A stretch of DNA of 62,128 nt, counting the filler. It is 12 parts of 12 records of this genome, joined end to end, with 100 filler letters (N's around TTAATTAATTAA, not from the genome) between each part and the next. Parts side by side here need not be neighbours in the genome. Positions count along the whole stretch, not along the records: positions 53,926 to 57,972 come from SRR7504441_4591; positions 58,073 to 62,128 come from SRR7504441_4596; 10 more parts are not named here. One strand, written 5' to 3'. Shown here in pieces: positions 56,806 through 62,128 of the stretch (the first letter of the stretch is position 1; the number at the start of each line of letters is the position of its first letter). The notes below the pieces were generated by a model that ran no database searches, had not been told where the DNA came from, and saw only the letters and a program-made list of their open reading frames with translations. The position numbers and the translations under genes are program-made.

Positions 56806-57306
56806 ATGCTTTCGGCTCTGCGTTCGACCGTGGTCATGCGGCGGTGCGCCCCTGTGGCCCTGGATTGGGGCAAGATCGCATCCAAGGTAAGCACGGATAG
56901 CGGCAAGGCCGAGCTGGCCGCGCTCCGCACCGAGGTAGCCGAGGTGAACAAGTCGCTAGAAGCCGGGGCGGTCGGCGGCGAAGTGGACTGGGAGTACTGG
57001 AAGAGCAAGGTCGCGACCGCGGGGGCGGTAGATCAGTTCAAGGCGGCGTATGACGGGCTGGAGGTCCCCACCCTGGAGGATACCTTCACGGCCGAGCTCA
57101 CCACAAAGTTCGATGCGGCGATCAAGGCGGCCGAGGGGCACGCCGAGGCGTCGGAAGCAAGGATCAAAGAGCTCGAGGCGCAGCTCGAGTCGCTCGCCGA
57201 GAGCAAGCTCGCGGTGGTCGACAGGACGGTAGACGAGGAGCTGGCCGCCAACCCGGCGCTCGCCCAGGAAATCGAGGCCGAGATCGCCGAGAACAACTGG
57301 AAGTAA
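56806..57306 (+). CDS. ATP5PD: Mitochondrial ATP synthase subunit d
   Basis: Presequence-like MLSALRSTVVMRR, LDWGKI, VDWEYWKSKV..VDQFKAAY, and C-terminal NP.LAQEIEAEIAENNW. Confidence 0.85.
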   Translation: MLSALRSTVVMRRCAPVALDWGKIASKVSTDSGKAELAALRTEVAEVNKSLEAGAVGGEVDWEYWKSKVATAGAVDQFKAAYDGLEVPTLEDTFTAELTTKFDAAIKAAEGHAEASEARIKELEAQLESLAESKLAVVDRTVDEELAANPALAQEIEAEIAENNWK

Positions 57307-57618
57307 GCCCCCGAGCCTCAAGCCCCCGGGGTGGCCACTCAGCGGTGTGCTCGGTGACGGTGCCCGGGGTGGGGGGACTTGCTGTTTGAAATGCGACGTT
57401 GCGTTTGTGTTGCTGGCAAGTTTATTGCAATACATTTGCGCGTTAATTAAAAGCTTTGGAATTCATGCGCGTTCTAACCCCACTCCTCGCTAGAGTCATC
57501 CATTTACGGCGCGGCCCACTCGATTCGCTATCGCGAGAATGCGCATAGTGCTTGAAAAGTACTGAGCCCACTGTAATAACAATCGACAAGTGCCCGGAGG
57601 CATGTGACATTACCTAGC

Positions 57619-57972
57619 CTAGACCTCCTCCTCCCCAAAGCAGTCATCCAAGTCCGGCTCGTCCTCGCCTGGCGCGCCACTCCCGAGCTGCGGCGCGGGC
57701 TGCTCCAGCTGCTGGTCTAGTGGCTCCGGCTGGTCTTGGGAGACCAACTCAGGGACTGCGTCGGGGTCTGGCTCCGTGCTATTCGAAAGATCTCTCTGCC
57801 GAATTCCCGAGCTAAAGATGATTTCCTCTCGCATCGCGAGCAGCTCCGGACCGGGCTGGTCCTTCCGGCCGGGACACTGCTCCATCTTGCGGATCCATGT
57901 TCTGCGCTCGCGTTCGCTCATCGCCTCAAGTGCTCGCTCGCTTAGCACTTTCTCCTCCTGCAGCTGCTCCTT
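57619..57972 (-). CDS. 3' fragment of a hypothetical protein
   Basis: Open from the contig end, with an acidic C-terminus (EDEPDLDDCFGEEEV*). Confidence 0.55.
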   Translation of the reverse strand, partial: KEQLQEEKVLSERALEAMSERERRTWIRKMEQCPGRKDQPGPELLAMREEIIFSSGIRQRDLSNSTEPDPDAVPELVSQDQPEPLDQQLEQPAPQLGSGAPGEDEPDLDDCFGEEEV

Positions 57973-58072
57973 NNNNNNNNNNNNNNNNNNNNNNNNNNNN
58001 NNNNNNNNNNNNNNNNTTAATTAATTAANNNNNNNNNNNNNNNNNNNNNNNNNNNNNNNNNNNNNNNNNNNN

Positions 58073-58412
58073 GCTGCTGCTCTCCAAGTCCAAGACGGCG
58101 CTGGGCGCCTGGATCAGCGCAAACCTCCAGCCGCTGCTTGTTTTGAACGGGTTGATGCTCTGGCTGAGCTTTATTTTATTCCGACTTGTGCTCTTCCCGA
58201 TGTGGCTAGCGCTGTTTGCGCTGGATCTGGCCAAGATGGGCCCGGAGGGCCGGGCTCAGCTGCACGCGGTCGAGTTGTACATCTACCCGCCTGTCAACGC
58301 GTTCCTGCTCGTGCTCAGTGCAATTTGGTTTCGAAAGATCCACAATGGCATGCTCAAGGTACTTAGAGGGGGCAAGTCGGAGCCCAAGCCGGCGGGCATC
58401 AAGCAGAACTAG
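58073..58412 (+). CDS. 3' fragment of a TLC (TRAM/LAG1/CLN8) domain membrane protein
   Basis: NGLMLWLSFILFRLVLFP...LLVLSAIWFRKIHNGMLK. Confidence 0.75.
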
Positions 58413-58780
58413 GGCCTCGTCAGCTTTGATCTGTCTGCACGAGAGAGTTACAGTCGTTTATTAAAATCTAAAGACCTATTTTTTCCTAGGCCCAGCGCTG
58501 CCGTAGCTAAAACTTGAATCTAACATTCGGGGCGGCCTTAGCTGCTATTTCGAATTCGGGCAGGTTGTGTACCGGTACACTACAGGCTGTGCAACGGCTT
58601 CTGTACATGAACGCATTTACGCCCATGTATTGTTGATTTTAACGTAAAATTGCGCCATGGGGTACTAACCATGGTTGCATGTATCGTAGAATGTATTGTA
58701 CCATGATCATGATCACGATACAGTAGAGCTCGAAACAAACTGACAAATGCGCAAATGCAACTCAAGTTGATTACGCCAAC

Positions 58781-61700
58781 TCAATTCATTGGAGCATGTT
58801 CGATGTCCTTTGAAGCCACATACGACTTGCGGGTGCACCCGCTCAGCTTCCTGGCGCAGGACTCTGAGGCCAGGCTACACCTTTCACTCCAGGACCCGGC
58901 TTCAGGATAGCTGCAGCACAGCCGGTCAATTGTGGTATGATGCCAGGCTGCACCCGGATCCGAGCTTGGAGTGCTGACTGGAGAGGAGACTCGAACCACG
59001 GCCATCCACCTCGGTTGCAGTGGACTCGCGGAGCGGATAGTGCTCCTTGTTGCGCATATGGCGCAAATACACGGCCCATATTGTGCCTGCAGCCACTCAG
59101 ATTACAACCAGCCTAAACTATCAGTCACGCACATGCCAATCCGATCACGCCAAACAGCGCTGGCCCGATGTACAGTAATAGCTTGGCTGCTACGTAGGTG
59201 CTCCGAGCCGTCTGAGTTCGACGCTCAAAGCCGGCCAGATTGATTGCAATGACCTTGAAGAGTGAGAGGTCGTCGTCCGATATGGTCCCGGTCTCGTCAA
59301 TCCAATAAATCGGCACCAGCACTTGAGGCGCAACTTTGGGGTAAAACAGCCCAGTGCTGCTGTTGCCTGCCACACAGCTCTCCTAGACCCGGCTGGTATG
59401 GACTCACCGTCGGCGGCAAGTTCTGTCATCGTGGCGACTTGTAGTCTCAGATGCCCGTGGAACGTGATTCCTGAGGCCGGCTCCACATCGCACAGCGAGG
59501 TGTAATCCTCTGCCCACCCGGCTGAGTGTCGATGCCTAGGCCGGGGCACACCAGATGGGTTGGCAGGGAGCGGGACCAGCTTGGCAAAGGTTTGGAGCAG
59601 TGGGTCCGATTCGTAATAGTGTGGCATGCTCACAAACGAAGGAAACCCTGCACACATAACTAACCTGGCACAATGCAGCCACTCACCCACAAACGGCGAC
59701 AGGTCGATCACGCCGGCCACAGGGCCGTTCTGGCCAGGCAGATGCCCTATCCCGACTTGGGAAGCTAGCGCGTTCACTCTGCCAAAAGGGTGACCGACCG
59801 ACTGATGCGCCGGACTCACCCCTTGAGAGGGGCGGGCCCGACCCCGGACACAACCTCAGGTGAGAGCTCGAACCGATTGAGATGCACTCCTTGGAAGTCT
59901 ACACCGCCCATGAACTCAAGAGGGGCGGCCAGCTTGAGTTGCTGCGCCCATTCATACTGCACCCCGCTCAGCAGCTCAGCCAAGCTGGGCGCACCAGTGT
60001 CTCCGAGGCCGGGGCACTATCAGGCCACAGCGCGTCGACCCCGAGCGGCGGCTGGGCCTGTGGACGGGTCAGCCAGCCGGCATTGAGCTCTTAGTCGCCG
60101 TCTTCTCGATCCGGCCGTTTACTGGCACCGTGACTTGTGCACCCCAGTAGCTAATACATACTGAGTAGCTGCGGCATGCCAGCGCCACCTGTGGTCGTAT
60201 TCGGTCTTGCCGTCCGCCATCACGTACTCGCCCACGTCGCTGATAGAGCCGCACCCGCTCAGCACCTGTTGCTCGCTTGTGGCCATTCTCGCCCAGGGCA
60301 CACCTCATCATAGCCGTTGGCCGGATCCTGCGCCGCGGCCTCGAGCGTCTCATAGTGCCGGACCCCAAACCTGCGCGACCGGTGAGCCTTGGCATTGGCG
60401 GGCACCGCACCCGGGCCAGCACGGCAGTTGGCCTGGGCCGTCGCAGGTGTTCTTCTCTAGCATCTGAGCTAGCAGGTTGGCGCCACCTGCGCGAGAGATC
60501 GCACAGCGGCCAGAGAGCCGGACCGGACCTGTGTACCAGTACTTGACTGTATTGGTCACAACCAAGCCGTCGTTCAGTGCAACCAGCAGCGGCTGGAAGA
60601 ACGCTGCCGCCTGCCCAGACTTGCAGAGGCCATCTGTGTGGCGCTGCACCGTTTCAACCAGGTTGCCTGCTTCCGGGCCGTACTCTGGCGCCCCCCAGAA
60701 CGAGAGCGTGCACTGGGTCTCCGCCTGCCCTGCCGATCAGACCCCGCGCCCAGGCCCGGGGCTGCCGTGCTGGCGGTGTATGCGGCCGAGGGGCAGCTGG
60801 CTAGCATCGCGGCAGCGGTCGGTTCAGCATTTCGGTTCGCGAGGGCTCCAAGCAGAGAAACAGTCTAGTCGACACGGCTGAGCGGCCCGGCCGGCCGTGG
60901 CCTGCCACCTCGGTCTGGTTGGTGAGCACGCAGCAGGCGGCCAGGCTGAGCTGATCGAGCGCTGCGGGGCTCAGCCCGAGAGTGCAGTGCGCAGTAGCGT
61001 AGGTCTGGAAAAGCTCGACACAGCTCGCGTTGGTCACCCCGATCGAGATCCCCTCGGAGAGCATCAGGTTGGTCTCGCTTCCGGCCTTGGAGACGGCCTG
61101 CCGCCGGGTCGTCTTCTGGCGCGGCTAGGCTACCTCGAGGTAGATTGGGTTGAGCGTTGTGATCTCGTCTTCCTATGTCCTGTCGACTCGCTTAAATTAA
61201 AACGAGCCGGCACCTCGCGGCAGTCGTCGCACGAGAGCTCTTCTGCAAACTCGAGACGATACCAGTTGCGGTACCTCTGTCCGACGGTTGGGCTACCCTG
61301 TGGCTGCGGGCTGCCTGAGTGCTCGAGGTGAACGACACGTTGAACTTGGTCAGGTACGAGTGATAGGCGTACGGCCCGACCTCCTCGAACTCGGGCTTCC
61401 CGCCCTGCAGGTACGCCTCCTTGTTGGTCAGGTTCCAGCCGTAGAACTTGCGGTATCGCGGCACGAACGGTCCGGCCACCTATCCGGCGCTAGCGGCCAG
61501 GCCGGGCCGGGGTAGGACCCCGAGCTGGTTGGTCGGGTCGTTGGTCCGCCAGTCGTCGTAACCGTTGGAGTTGGCGTCGCACACCTGCCGGCGGGCGGTC
61601 AGGCCGGCTGCGACTTGGGTGCGACCTTGATCATCGCGTTGAGCCGCTCGTCGATCTGGCCGGGCAGCATCAGCCCGATGGCCAGGCAGCCCAGCCCGAG

Positions 61701-61956
61701 CGCCAGCGAGGTGCCGGCTAAGCATGGCAGCGCGTAGCGCAACTTGCAGCAGCTCGCCTGCCCCGGTCGGCTCGCTTGCTGGGCTGGGAGGCTGGTCACA
61801 GGCGGCTCGGCGGGTGGCCCGGCCTCGAGGGGATCGGAGGGGCGAGGCGACTCGAGTAGCTGGACGCTGCTGACGCGGCCAGCTGCAGCCAGCCGGTCAG
61901 CCGATGCCGGGGCGGCTGGGGCTGCCTTCGAGGTCGCTGGTGGATCGGAGGGACAT
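58781..61956 (-). CDS. CD36/LIMP-2 class B scavenger receptor family protein, many short introns
   Basis: N-terminal TM, FYGWNLTN..GGKPEFEEVGPYAY, PSFVSMPHYY, DVEPASGITF..RLQ, VPIYWIDE, C-terminal TM. First intron is GC-AG 61883-61925. Confidence 0.88.
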
Positions 61957-62128
61957 GTGATGGGTACGTGTCTGCTCTGCGTTTTCTACCGGCAGAGATA
62001 TGAAAGTGTAACACTCCGGAAATAAAATTAAAAGTGATAAAAATATCTTAATTGTCTAGCAACGGCAGAGTCAAGCGATTCGGGGCTGCTCCAGTCAACT
62101 CCAGCAACCCCACGCCGCGGCTAGCTAC

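Noticed and set aside
3201-58072. Regularly recurring TTAATTAATTAA flanked by N runs, as a repeat family or array
   Set aside because: Identical 100-nt artificial linkers between contigs, not biological.

Overview
The window is not one locus. It is 12 unrelated eukaryotic contigs joined by identical 100-nt N/TTAATTAATTAA/N spacers, so gene order across spacers is meaningless. The source looks like a gene-dense flagellated protist (radial-spoke protein 3, mitochondrial ATP synthase d, Sec23). It has GC-rich exons, AT-rich 3' intergenic regions, very short head-to-head promoters that often carry a YAACGG motif, and many 33-50 nt spliceosomal introns. These introns have weak donors, no polypyrimidine tract and an unusually high GC-AG share, and they explain most of the fragmentation in the ORF track. 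Recognisable genes: DHHC-family acyltransferase (DHFC variant), compact DNAJC11-like J-protein, LPMO-like 5' fragment, ABCB half-transporter, carboxylesterase, SAM/ubiquitin-like protein, AT-less modular PKS fragment, Sec23, stand-alone carrier protein, AT-hook repeat protein, PUB protein, methyltransferase, TCP11, LRR receptor-like protein, AlkB, sialate O-acetylesterase, proline-racemase family, JmjC, ATP synthase d, TLC protein and CD36. The most striking observation is an RSP3-calpain fusion gene in which a 541-bp internal coding segment (45958-46498) lies on the opposite strand between 5-bp inverted repeats (AGCCG/CGGCT). Flipping it back restores one uninterrupted reading frame. This may be a scrambled or invertible gene, a natural inversion allele, or an amplification/assembly artefact. 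All intron calls and family assignments were made by eye, without database searches or transcript data.
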